IMG/VR virus record: IMGVR_UViG_3300049157_000049
Coordinates: 1-61,531 of that record
Length of the DNA stretch: 61,531 nt
Reading direction: 5' to 3' (one strand)
Origin: a virus
Taxonomy: Duplodnaviria; Caudoviricetes
Below, one piece after another: positions 8,983 to 17,850 of the stretch (its first letter is position 1; the number at the start of each line of letters is the position of its first letter). Made by a program: the position numbers and the translations under genes. The notes beneath the pieces were generated by a model. That model did not search any database. It was not told the origin of the DNA and was given only the letters and a program-made list of their open reading frames with translations.

Positions 8983-9067
8983 AGTCTAGCGAACAAACCT
9001 TGCGCAGTCAACAGCGTATTAGCGTAAAGATTTAATGGTTGACTTATATGCTACATAGTGGTACAGT
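8983..9067. promoter_or_regulatory. Divergent sigma70-like promoter pair
   Basis: Minus strand TTGACT-N17-TAGACT toward the HTH gene; plus strand TTGACT-N17-TACAGT (9039-9067). Confidence 0.6.
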
Positions 9068-9115
9068 GTTTTAAGCCATGTAACACCTTGTAAACCCAAT
9101 AGTTAGGGGGCTGAT

Positions 9116-9322
9116 ATGACTAAAATTGTCAAGATCACAAATACGATCGCTTGGTTTGAGGGCATCGCGGAAGCGGTTGAAACTAAGCTCGATAGGCAGC
9201 AAGACGAGCTCGTACAGCTCAGCGTGCGCATCCGGGACAGCAAATCGCAGCTTGACCGTCTCCGGGGTGCCATCCAGCGCGCGCGGAGTCGCGGAGATGT
9301 GGAAATGACGGTGGAGGCGTGA
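9116..9322 (+). CDS. Small coiled-coil hypothetical protein
   Basis: AGGGGG RBS; follows the plus-strand promoter. Confidence 0.6.
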   Translation: MTKIVKITNTIAWFEGIAEAVETKLDRQQDELVQLSVRIRDSKSQLDRLRGAIQRARSRGDVEMTVEA

Positions 9323-9323
9323 G

Positions 9324-9629
9324 ATGGGGCAACAGGTGATGGCACTCGACAAGCAAGGCACTGTGTTACGGATGGTTCGATTTCGCCGCGCGGGTTTATG
9401 CTGGGTGGCTACTGTCAGCTCCGTCTGCCTCCACAGGACGCAGCACACCGACCCACCCACCGCTGGGGAAGGGTGGACGAAGATCAGCGCCTTAGAGCGA
9501 GCCCTAGCGGCTTGGGTGAGGCAGGCCGAGAATGCCGCACAAGCAGAGCGGGCGCGACGACGGGCAATCGAGAGGTCGCCAGACGGGGCCGGAAACGCGG
9601 CGGTGGGTATTGATCCGTCCGAAAAATAA
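9324..9629 (+). CDS. Hypothetical protein
   Basis: GGAGG RBS; abuts the previous gene. Confidence 0.5.
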   Translation: MGQQVMALDKQGTVLRMVRFRRAGLCWVATVSSVCLHRTQHTDPPTAGEGWTKISALERALAAWVRQAENAAQAERARRRAIERSPDGAGNAAVGIDPSEK

Positions 9630-10073
9630 CTGTTAGAACAGCGATCGTTTGTTTTCAAGGGGTTACGGAGAAAATCCGTGCCCCTTATTTATTTAGGTAT
9701 ATAAAAGAACCAGATCGTTTTTTGTTGTGGACTGTACGTTGACACGTCTTATCCGTTCGTGTCCGGTGGGTATCTCGCGTTAACATACAATTTGAACGCA
9801 AATTTAAATAGACGGAGGTCGGTATTGCGTTTCAACCCAGCGTAAACAAAGGAAAAAAGTGCCGGCGAAAATAAAGCGAACTGAGACGAATCTAAGTTAT
9901 GGTATTGATCCGTCTAATCGGTTTGACCGGTGGATTATTTTTGTAATTTTTAAAGATCTCAGAGGTTCCGGAGCTCGGCCGCTACACAACCCGAAGGGTT
10001 GCCAGACGTCTTCGGACTGTGTTATGGTGGACTATATAATGGTCGCAGTGTGTTTATAGCGGCGGTGGGTATT
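9597..10073. repeat. Degenerate direct repeats (GCGG)CGGTGGGTATT / GGTATTGATCCGTC in an AT-rich spacer; candidate origin
   Basis: Copies near 9597, 9764, 9813, 9901, 9927 and 10059. Confidence 0.45.
9657..9694 (+). terminator. Intrinsic terminator
   Basis: AAGGGGTTACGGA-gaaaa-TCCGTGCCCCTT stem followed by ATTTATTT. Confidence 0.6.
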
Positions 10074-10092
10074 TAGCGTTTGGGTGGAGGGG

Positions 10093-10121
10093 TTGACAAC
10101 CCAAGCGGGTTAGGATAGTTT
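10093..10121 (+). promoter_or_regulatory. Sigma70-like promoter TTGACA-N17-TAGTTT with operator palindrome
   Basis: TTGACA acccaagcgggttagga TAGTTT, then AAGGAG RBS and ATG 10141. Confidence 0.7.
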
Positions 10122-10140
10122 CGACTGAAAGGAGACGTCG

Positions 10141-10638
10141 ATGCCCAAGAATCCGGCTGAGCTTAGTGTGTTACAGATAATTTGCTGCTCTTTACGAAGG
10201 AGGGTTTTTTTGGTACTTCCGGCAATTATCATATCCTCACTAACCATCCTGCGCATCGTCGGAGCGGGGCCGGTCCCAATGGGGGCGTGTTTAGGGGCCT
10301 TGGTTGTATTCACAGTGATTGGGGTACTCTTCCTACTCGAAGCGAACGACTTTCTATCCACGCTGGACCTGGACGTCTACATCCGCGATGCCTTAGGCCG
10401 CGCCAACGAGCGTAGGCTATACAGGGAGACGATCGACGCTCTTCGTACAGATGGGCCGTTACCCGTTCGGTTGGGGCTTTCCGAATGCGGCCGAGTGGTT
10501 CTCGAAGGCACCTTATGTCCGTTCTCCCCGTTTCGGGAGGTTCGGGTGCAGAAAGCTCAGCGTGAGTCCGAAGTCCGGCGGGCGCACAATAAGGAGTTCA
10601 ACGACAAAGCTTCCAAACTGCTGGACTCGCTCTCATGA
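10141..10638 (+). CDS. Membrane protein (2 TM)
   Basis: AAGGAG RBS; two hydrophobic helices; ATGA overlap with dam. Confidence 0.7.
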   Translation: MPKNPAELSVLQIICCSLRRRVFLVLPAIIISSLTILRIVGAGPVPMGACLGALVVFTVIGVLFLLEANDFLSTLDLDVYIRDALGRANERRLYRETIDALRTDGPLPVRLGLSECGRVVLEGTLCPFSPFREVRVQKAQRESEVRRAHNKEFNDKASKLLDSLS

Positions 10639-11489
10639 ACACGCTAGCGGGCAAAACCTACCGCCACTTCAAACCCAGTTTCCCCCAAACCCCTCTGCCA
10701 CCGATCGTCAAATGGGTGGGCGGTAAACGCTGGCAAGTTACCACGGTGGGGCCGATGTTCCGGCTTATGAACATGGTGGCCGGCAAGCGCTACCGGTTCA
10801 TCGAGCTCTTCGCGGGGGGCGCCGCGATGTCGTTCGGGCTGCTTCCCCGCCGGGCACTCCTGAATGACAGTCTCCCACCGTTGATGGACTTCTACCGATT
10901 CATCTCAAGATACCCGCACCGCTGGGAATGGCCGAAGATTGGCTGGGAGAATAACGCCGATCAGTATTATGAAAATAGGCAAATGTTCAACGAAGCCGCT
11001 GATCCGGATGTGCGCTCCGCATTGTTTTATTACCTTAATAGGCATTGCTATAACGGCCTGTGGCGACAGAACCGCAAAGGGGAGTTCAACGTCCCTTTCG
11101 GCAAGTACGCAAAGGTCAAGCTGGACACGACGTTCATGGACTACTCAACCGCGTTGAAGCATTGGACCCTGCGGTGCGGGGACTACAAAGCGGTTAAACT
11201 GGACCGGGACGATTTCGTGTATGCGGACCCTCCGTATGATACGGAGTTTCGTAATTACACGGGGCAACCGTTCGAGTTTGAAGACCAGATAGAGCTCGCG
11301 GAGAGACTGGCGGCGCATACCGGGCCTGTTGTGTTGTGTAATGCGCCGACTGGGAGAATCCTGGAGCTCTACAAACAATTGGGGTTCGAGATTTCAATCG
11401 TGCCCCGGAGTTCAACGATTGGATGCAAATCCCGCAAGAAAGTTTATGAGGTCATAGCGACCAATTTTCAAAGAAAGGAGCAACAATGA
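10635..11489 (+). CDS. dam: DNA adenine methyltransferase (D12/Dam family)
   Basis: KWVGGK, ELFAGGAA (motif I), YLNRHCYNGLWRQN..GEFNVPFG, YADPPY (motif IV). Confidence 0.93.
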   Translation: MNTLAGKTYRHFKPSFPQTPLPPIVKWVGGKRWQVTTVGPMFRLMNMVAGKRYRFIELFAGGAAMSFGLLPRRALLNDSLPPLMDFYRFISRYPHRWEWPKIGWENNADQYYENRQMFNEAADPDVRSALFYYLNRHCYNGLWRQNRKGEFNVPFGKYAKVKLDTTFMDYSTALKHWTLRCGDYKAVKLDRDDFVYADPPYDTEFRNYTGQPFEFEDQIELAERLAAHTGPVVLCNAPTGRILELYKQLGFEISIVPRSSTIGCKSRKKVYEVIATNFQRKEQQ

Positions 11490-11899
11490 CAGAATCAAAG
11501 ACAGAGAGACTCGAACTGAGTGAAGAGGAAACCAAAGAGTACATTCGCCTAAGCAACCGGGTTGCGCGGTCAGCGCATCTCAATAGTCGAAACAAAGGGT
11601 TCTGGGAAGCTCCAAAGTGTATTGACGCCAACTGCAACGTGGAGCAGCCCCGAAACAAGGGAGAAATGCTCGCGCTGATTCATTCGGAAATCAGTGAAGC
11701 ACTCGAAGCGGTCAGAAAGAACGTCAACGCGCCCGACAAGCATTGTCCTGAGTACACAGGACTAGCAATCGAACTGGCGGATGCGATAATTCGTATCTAC
11801 GATTTCGCGGCAGGGTTTGGGTTGCCGGTGAACGAAGCGCTCGTGGCAAAGATGGCCTTCAACGTGACGCGGCCGCACAAGCATGGCAAAAAGTTTTGA
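11486..11899 (+). CDS. MazG-like NTP pyrophosphohydrolase
   Basis: LALIHSEISEALEAVRK...IELADAIIRIYD...KMAFNVTRPHKHGK. Confidence 0.85.
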   Translation: MTESKTERLELSEEETKEYIRLSNRVARSAHLNSRNKGFWEAPKCIDANCNVEQPRNKGEMLALIHSEISEALEAVRKNVNAPDKHCPEYTGLAIELADAIIRIYDFAAGFGLPVNEALVAKMAFNVTRPHKHGKKF

Positions 11900-11900
11900 C

Positions 11901-12116
11901 ATGGCGTATCCGGATACCCCAACAGCGCACTTTGCGGAGTTTGGTGAAATGTGCGGCGGATGTCAAATCCCCGGCGAATATCCGAAGGGTAACTATATTT
12001 GCTGTGACCGCGTGTTTTGCGAAAAGTGCTTATTTCGCACCTACACAAAAGTTTTTGTCTGTCCTAAGTGTTGGTTCCAAAGTGAACCTTGCTTAACTGT
12101 AACAAGAGAAAAATAA
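11901..12116 (+). CDS. Small RING-like zinc-finger protein
   Basis: CGGC-x12-CCDRVFCEKCL-x9-CPKC. Confidence 0.55.
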   Translation: MAYPDTPTAHFAEFGEMCGGCQIPGEYPKGNYICCDRVFCEKCLFRTYTKVFVCPKCWFQSEPCLTVTREK

Positions 12117-12526
12117 TGTGTGACACTTACCTTGACGCGCAACATGACAAACACATCACATCGGGCTGGAAGATCTTCACGGTATATAAGGAGTTTGCGG
12201 GTACTCGAAAAATGTATGGGTCTCGTCATCATGGGATCCTTTGGGAACCGGATAGGTGGTATCGGTGCTACTTGATACGCCCGTTCGATCAGCGATTGAT
12301 TTTGCAGCCTGAGAAGTTTCGCGGCGGATGGCACGGGTTTTGCTATTTCGAAAACTTGTCAGACGCAGTCAAATACAAACGCACAGTGAGTGAAATCTTG
12401 AGTGAAATCCCTGGTCGGTCAGTTGGCGTGATTAAAAGCGTCGAGATCATGGGCCTAAGCAAAAAGGCGACCACCCAAGGGATCACGTGCTGGCTCGCGC
12501 AGACTATGCGCATGATTGGAGACTGA
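12116..12526 (+). CDS. Hypothetical protein
   Basis: TAATG coupling to the previous gene. Confidence 0.6.
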   Translation: MCDTYLDAQHDKHITSGWKIFTVYKEFAGTRKMYGSRHHGILWEPDRWYRCYLIRPFDQRLILQPEKFRGGWHGFCYFENLSDAVKYKRTVSEILSEIPGRSVGVIKSVEIMGLSKKATTQGITCWLAQTMRMIGD

Positions 12527-12528
12527 AG

Positions 12529-12969
12529 ATGAAAATTACAATGACGTTTGTTGGATGGGGAATGATCTTCCTTGGGGCTTTGTTGTTAATGATGCTTGGC
12601 ATTCTCGCGGCCGTCAATACCGTCACCGCTCAGCCTACAATGGGCTGCGAGGGGAGTTACGTACACCCTACCGGCAAAATTGTGATTGAGGACCCGGATA
12701 CGTTGGGGACGGTTACTCACTATGGCGTGTTCGTGTCCGTGGATGGCGAGTTTGATTTCGACGTGCCAAACTTCACGACTGGTCGTGAGGCGCCAGAGAT
12801 TGTCGTAAGTGATTTAGGTGTTGAGCCCGGGGTGTACTGCGTCGTTGTAGTTTCGAAAGACGATATACGAAATTCCTCTGCGCCGTCTAACGTGTTACGA
12901 TTTACTTTGGTTCCCGAGGGGGTGCCAATTTTAGACCCCCCAGTTATCGAGTTGAGAGGCGATCAATGA
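12529..12969 (+). CDS. Exported protein with fibronectin-III-like domain
   Basis: GGAG RBS; long signal/TM segment; VTHYGVFVS...GVYCVVVVSKD..RNSSAPSN. Confidence 0.6.
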   Translation: MKITMTFVGWGMIFLGALLLMMLGILAAVNTVTAQPTMGCEGSYVHPTGKIVIEDPDTLGTVTHYGVFVSVDGEFDFDVPNFTTGREAPEIVVSDLGVEPGVYCVVVVSKDDIRNSSAPSNVLRFTLVPEGVPILDPPVIELRGDQ

Positions 12970-13391
12970 ACGCAAAAGAAACTATTGACAGGCTGCACAA
13001 GACATATCCAGTCAGCAGAGAAACGATGCGATCTGAGGTCGTAATCTCAAAAGAAGTTCTCGATACGGCGGAGTTTAATGTCATCGAGAACATTGTCTTG
13101 GGAAAGCTCATCGCTACTCTAGATCTAACTCTATACGGTGACGCGTACAAAATGGAGACAAAAACCGAGGAAATCACCGTCCCTCGAAGTTGGATAGACC
13201 ACCTTAAACAAGCGATTGTTGTTCGGTGGCCTTGGATGGAGCGATTTATGGAGCCGCAACTCCGTACCATTGACATCAAAACTGAGATATGGCATCGCGT
13301 CGTATGCCCCCACATTGCAGTTGTGAACGAGGATATTCGTCATTACGATTGGATTTCCACATACAAACGTGAAGGGGGCGATGATGATTAA
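12966..13391 (+). CDS. Hypothetical protein
   Basis: ATGA overlap with the upstream gene; GAGG RBS. Confidence 0.65.
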   Translation: MNAKETIDRLHKTYPVSRETMRSEVVISKEVLDTAEFNVIENIVLGKLIATLDLTLYGDAYKMETKTEEITVPRSWIDHLKQAIVVRWPWMERFMEPQLRTIDIKTEIWHRVVCPHIAVVNEDIRHYDWISTYKREGGDDD

Positions 13392-13575
13392 CCGGTTTGT
13401 CCATGACGGAACATCACTGGTGGAAGAGCTAGCGCCGTATCTGGAGGAAATGGACCCGAAATCCCGCAGTTTCGTTGAGGATCTGGCGGACACGGTATCC
13501 CGGGAAGGCCACGTCATGACGACGGATGCTCAGTTCGAGTGGCTGTTAGACCTTGAGGAGAAGTTCAAACGATGA
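13381..13575 (+). CDS. Hypothetical protein
   Basis: Fills the gap; ATGA overlap with thyX. Confidence 0.55.
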   Translation: MMINRFVHDGTSLVEELAPYLEEMDPKSRSFVEDLADTVSREGHVMTTDAQFEWLLDLEEKFKR

Positions 13576-14279
13576 CTGCGAAGTGGCGCGATAAGGCGTT
13601 CCCGGTGCTGGACAAAGGGTTCGTGCGTGTGGTGGATGTGATGGGCGGGGACTCCGCGATCGTGCAAGCCGCCCGAATCAGCTATGGCGCCGGGACGAAG
13701 ACGAAGCGGGATGACGAGAAGCTCATCAACTACCTGATGAAAAACCGCCATACGACGCCGTTTGAGATGGCGGAAATCAAGTTTCACGTGCGGTGTCCGA
13801 TGGACGTCTGGCGACAGTGGATCCGGCACCGCACCGCGAACGTGAACGAGTACTCGACGCGGTACTCGGTCGCGATCGACGATATGAGGGTCGTGCCGCC
13901 GGACGGGTGGAGGCTCCAGAGCGAGTCGAACAGGCAGGGTAGCGAGGGCGCGCTGTCGACGATCGAGGGGTATGCGCTGACGGCCGCACAGAAGCGGTTT
14001 CATGCGGCCGCGCGAGAGTTGTACGAAGAGCGGCTCGCGAGGGGGGTTAGTCGGGAGCTCGCAAGGCAGGACCTGCCGCTGAGCACGTACACCGAAGCAT
14101 ATTGGAAGATTGATCTACACAATTTGCTGCACTTTTTGAGATTGCGGATGGACAATCACGCGCAGTGGGAGATACGGCAATACGCCGGCGTGATTGGTAA
14201 TGAAATTGTAAGTCAATGGGTCCCGTCGACGTGGGCCGCGTTTAAACGCGCGGCCCACGTATCAGAAGTGTCCAAGTAG
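13572..14279 (+). CDS. thyX: Flavin-dependent thymidylate synthase
   Basis: RHRTANVNEYSTRY (RHRx7SxR), HTTPFE, ELARQDLP, NLLHFLRLR...HAQWEIR. Confidence 0.97.
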   Translation: MTAKWRDKAFPVLDKGFVRVVDVMGGDSAIVQAARISYGAGTKTKRDDEKLINYLMKNRHTTPFEMAEIKFHVRCPMDVWRQWIRHRTANVNEYSTRYSVAIDDMRVVPPDGWRLQSESNRQGSEGALSTIEGYALTAAQKRFHAAARELYEERLARGVSRELARQDLPLSTYTEAYWKIDLHNLLHFLRLRMDNHAQWEIRQYAGVIGNEIVSQWVPSTWAAFKRAAHVSEVSK

Positions 14280-14571
14280 GTTTACGATGTAGTACCGCCA
14301 CGATGTGGCGCTCAAGGGGGCGTAGTACGGTGATGCTGCCGATGCGTCTCCTTTTTGCTGTCCGGCCGATGATGAGCTCGGTGTAGCCGCCTCGAAGGAT
14401 GATTGAAAACTGCCATTTGTAGGGGTGGTCATGGAAATTTGTGGGAAGATTGGGATACGTGAATTTGTGCAGATAGACGTTGAGCAGCTTGGTGTCTAAG
14501 AGGACCCATCTCGTTAGGCATGTATCTCCTTTCGTCCAAGAGAAAGCGTATTTACGAAGCCGTTTTGCCAT
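14242..14571 (-). CDS. Cupin-like protein
   Basis: VYLHKF...FHDHPYKW..SIILRGGYTE...RH...WTL. Confidence 0.7.
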   Translation of the reverse strand: MAKRLRKYAFSWTKGDTCLTRWVLLDTKLLNVYLHKFTYPNLPTNFHDHPYKWQFSIILRGGYTELIIGRTAKRRRIGSITVLRPLERHIVAVLHRKPTWTLLIRGPRV

Positions 14572-14585
14572 GTGGCGCCCCCATG

Positions 14586-15032
14586 TTAGTCCATTAGGTT
14601 GTATAGAGATTCCAAAGCGGCCGCGACTGTCTGCCTGTTCTTCCTCTGCATCCAAAAGACGATACGCTGTTCACGATAGATCCGAGAGCCCTCGACTACT
14701 TTGCGCTCAATCTTTGAACGGAACCGTGTAGTATCTTCGAGGGTCTCAAGAATCCTTTCGAGTTCTAGTTTGGTAAGTACCTTACGCTCCCAACTGGTCA
14801 ATGGGGCACCCTCCTCAGTCCAGTAAACCAGCTCGTTACATTGGTCAATAATTACAGCAAATTGACGGCACCCTATTTGCATTATGTAGGTGTCTTTCAA
14901 AGGTAAGTAGGCGGCAGAACCGGTTCCCAAAGGATCCCATGTGCGGCGAAATAGAAACGCATGGATAATTGCCCAACCATCGCCGTGATCGTAGGCATTA
15001 TCGGCCCTAAGTAATGACATATCTAACGGCAT
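14586..15032 (-). CDS. Hypothetical protein
   Basis: TAATG coupling; GGGGGT RBS. Confidence 0.6.
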   Translation of the reverse strand: MPLDMSLLRADNAYDHGDGWAIIHAFLFRRTWDPLGTGSAAYLPLKDTYIMQIGCRQFAVIIDQCNELVYWTEEGAPLTSWERKVLTKLELERILETLEDTTRFRSKIERKVVEGSRIYREQRIVFWMQRKNRQTVAAALESLYNLMD

Positions 15033-15361
15033 TAGTCACCCCCTTCTGCAATTTCAGTGAGCATTTGTATGATAACGGGTATCCGATCAGCGGAGAACGA
15101 GAAGCTGTATTCGGCATACCCGCCGTAATACAATTTAAAGTAAAAGCGAACGTGCCGCTCTGGTTCTTTCATGGTGCGGCTCGGTAGAGACATCGTATCG
15201 GTGGTTAACTCTACACGGTTTAGAGTTCCGTTGAGACCGTATACCTTACTGGGTTTTGCCATTGATGATCTCCCAAGGTGTTTGTACGCATGTAGTGTCA
15301 CTTGTTGGGGCAACCCAACGTGTGGACCATACCAAATGCTGTTACTTGACAGTTTTCGCAC
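15032..15361 (-). CDS. Hypothetical protein (start probably 15262)
   Basis: GGGAG precedes the internal ATG; operon context. Confidence 0.5.
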   Translation of the reverse strand: MRKLSSNSIWYGPHVGLPQQVTLHAYKHLGRSSMAKPSKVYGLNGTLNRVELTTDTMSLPSRTMKEPERHVRFYFKLYYGGYAEYSFSFSADRIPVIIQMLTEIAEGGD

Positions 15362-15855
15362 TCAGTCGCGGGTTTCTCGGATGGTTTGTGAGGGTCGTAA
15401 GTGTCATAAGGCGAGGAATGGAAAAAAGAAAAAGGCGCGAATCCTATATCGTAATAAAGCGACATATCCTTGATAATCCTCCAGGGCTCTGCAAACGATG
15501 GATCCAGCGACATGTTGGCGGCGGTGGCCGATGCCCCTAGATAGTCTCCATCGCGAAATTCGTTGTAGCCTTTGATGAATTGTTGGTTGTACCGTTCGCC
15601 TAAGGAGCATACGCACAACACAGCTTCATAGTTAAGCACGGGGACGGTGATCTTGTGCGTTGAAGAGTCGTACCGAAAGTTACTACAGTAGACGTGATCC
15701 GTAATATATTTAGCGCATTCGCCACACATGACAGAGCCGTTATTACGCCGCACATCGTAGTTGTGAGCTCCCCATCCGATTTTCTTATGAGTTGCGCAAT
15801 GTGCTTCCCCTGTCGCTGCGATAGCTTGCAGATGTACGAGCAACACGATCGCCAT
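15298..15855 (-). CDS. Hypothetical Cys-rich protein
   Basis: GAGG RBS; several CxxC motifs. Confidence 0.6.
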   Translation of the reverse strand: MAIVLLVHLQAIAATGEAHCATHKKIGWGAHNYDVRRNNGSVMCGECAKYITDHVYCSNFRYDSSTHKITVPVLNYEAVLCVCSLGERYNQQFIKGYNEFRDGDYLGASATAANMSLDPSFAEPWRIIKDMSLYYDIGFAPFSFFHSSPYDTYDPHKPSEKPATECENCQVTAFGMVHTLGCPNK

Positions 15856-16263
15856 TATTTTGTACCTCGCTGGATGCGCACCGGTTGGGTGTCGCTCGGG
15901 TCAAGCCGCCGGGAGCGGGTTTTGCCGCAGGAACACCGCCACCAAATCATTCCTTCGCCATCGGGTTGGGCTAGTACGGTTCGCCCACAGTCGCATTGTT
16001 CGGATTTTGCTATGACGATGTTCATCGGTGTCTCCTTCCCTACATTTTATGTGTTGATCTCTGAGAAGAATCTCTTGGAAAGGGACCTCTAGTCCCCGAA
16101 CCCCAGTGCCGCCATTTGCACGGGAACCACCCTAGTTGCCACGGTCTCGTCTCCCATCCAATGGTAATTTGGTGTTGTCCTGCGTGGCCCGGCTTACGTT
16201 CGCATCCATTATCATTACAATAATAGCGACGTGCTGGACGTATCAGATTCAGTCTTACGATCA

Positions 16264-16857
16264 TTATTTCACGTCCCGTGCGCAACGGAAGCCAAGGCCG
16301 TCCCAGTCGTCCGACGGGACGCTAGCGAGCCGGTACGCGGAGCGGACGTACCTGGCGTCCGAGTCCCAGGAACCGCCGCGAATGACCCGCTCCGAGCCTT
16401 CTTCTGTCGAGGTCCACTCATAAACTTGCCCGAGCATATCGTAGAGACCGAGATTGTTGGGTTTTTTTGTCATTACCGCTTTCTTTTCTGTTTGGCCGTA
16501 CACCGCAAATTCGTACAGCTCACCCAAGCTCGGGTAAAACGCCCCAAAACGGCACGCGTACTCCCATTCGGCGTCTGTCGGCAGTCGGTAGCCGCGTGCA
16601 TCACAATATGCCTTAGCATCGTACCAGGACACATCGGTCATAGGGTGGTTATCCGGGCCTTTATGGAACACCGAGCTAGCATAACCCAAATGTTGTTTGT
16701 ACTGCCCGATAGTCACGGGCGTAATGGCCATCTCAAAAGTCCGAATAGACCCGCCGCCAGGAATCCGCACGAATTGGGTCTCTGTAGTAGAGTTGTTTTT
16801 TGGTTTCTCCACCAACTCATACTCGATGCCATCAATGGTCAGTTTGATGTTTGACAT
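16264..16857 (-). CDS. FGE-sulfatase (SUMF1/C-type lectin fold) domain protein, copy 1
   Basis: PVTIGQY, P..DVSWYDAKAYC, RLPTDAEWEYACR, KPNNLGLYDMLGQVYEW, VIRGGSW, GFRCAR. Confidence 0.93.
   Translation of the reverse strand: MSNIKLTIDGIEYELVEKPKNNSTTETQFVRIPGGGSIRTFEMAITPVTIGQYKQHLGYASSVFHKGPDNHPMTDVSWYDAKAYCDARGYRLPTDAEWEYACRFGAFYPSLGELYEFAVYGQTEKKAVMTKKPNNLGLYDMLGQVYEWTSTEEGSERVIRGGSWDSDARYVRSAYRLASVPSDDWDGLGFRCARDVK
16285..16389 (-). repeat. DGR-like variable region VR1 (paired with 16920-17024)
   Basis: 35-codon alignment with VR2: 18 non-synonymous and 0 synonymous differences, mostly in NNC codons. Confidence 0.65.
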
Positions 16858-16901
16858 TTTTTCTCACTCCTTAGGTTGAAACATGTTGCCATGGTAGCCC
16901 T

Positions 16902-17399
16902 TTAGATGTCTCGGGCACAACGGAAGCCGCCGTTGAGCCAGTCGACCGACGGGTCGTACTCGTACCGGTCCGCGACGCAGACGCTCCCGGCGTACGAGTG
17001 CCAGCAACCGCCGCGAAGGATCCGAAACGAGTCCGCGTCTGTTGCTGTCCACTCATAAACCAGCCCCAACATATCGTATAGCCCTAAGTTGTTGGGCTGT
17101 TTTGTACCGACAGTAGCCATACTGGTCCGCTCATAAACAGCGTATCGATCGAGGTCGTCTAGGTCCGGATAGAACCCTCCAAACCTGCACGCATATTCCC
17201 ATTCCGCATCGGTTGGAAGGCGGTAGCCGTGTTCAGCGCAGTACGAAGACGCGTCAAACCACGTTACCTCGACGGCGGGATACTTGCTGCCCACGGCAAT
17301 TTTGGTGTACTGCTCGACCGTAGTAGGGGTTGCGGCCAACTCGAAGGACCGAATATTACCTTGGCCGGGCACATGGATGAATTTGATATCGGATGTCAT
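16902..17399 (-). CDS. FGE-sulfatase (SUMF1/C-type lectin fold) domain protein, copy 2
   Basis: Same motif set; AGGAGG RBS. Confidence 0.93.
   Translation of the reverse strand: MTSDIKFIHVPGQGNIRSFELAATPTTVEQYTKIAVGSKYPAVEVTWFDASSYCAEHGYRLPTDAEWEYACRFGGFYPDLDDLDRYAVYERTSMATVGTKQPNNLGLYDMLGLVYEWTATDADSFRILRGGCWHSYAGSVCVADRYEYDPSVDWLNGGFRCARDI
16920..17024 (-). repeat. DGR-like variable region VR2
   Basis: See VR1. Confidence 0.65.
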
Positions 17400-17409
17400 T
17401 TTGTACCTC

Positions 17410-17850
17410 CTAAACTAGCACAGGTTGCCACGGCAGCACGTCAACAAGTATACGGCTGAGGCGGCGCGCGGATTCCGCAAATTTGGCGGCTCGATCGTGT
17501 TGGTCAATTTTGGCAAGCTGCTCAGAAAGCAGAGTGCATCGGTGGCGGGCAGCGGAGATTTGATAATGGAGCTCCCTCCGCGCAAGGACGTCTTCTATCT
17601 TGGCTAACATGGCCTTTGCGTCGGCAATCTGGCGATCTCGAGCGGTTTGGTGGCGGATTTGCCAGGGAAGGGTACCGCGAGCGTAGTTGTAGAGGCGCCG
17701 TTCCGCATTGAAGAACCGGTCGGCGGTGGCGGTTTGGCCGGATTTGGAGAAAGCGATCGCGCGGCTCATCGCTCGGCGGCGGGCAGCGCGGACGGTTTCT
17801 GTACGGGCGCGGATTGCGGATGGCGTGTTGATGTTTTGGAGTTTTGTCAT
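17410..17850 (-). CDS. Hypothetical basic helical protein
   Basis: GGAGG RBS; TAATG coupling at 17850. Confidence 0.6.
   Translation of the reverse strand: MTKLQNINTPSAIRARTETVRAARRRAMSRAIAFSKSGQTATADRFFNAERRLYNYARGTLPWQIRHQTARDRQIADAKAMLAKIEDVLARRELHYQISAARHRCTLLSEQLAKIDQHDRAAKFAESARRLSRILVDVLPWQPVLV

Noticed and set aside
16264-17399. Complete DGR, or active formylglycine-generating enzymes
   Set aside because: No RT, Avd or AAC-rich TR seen by eye; the catalytic Cys pair of true FGE is absent and no sulfatase is encoded.
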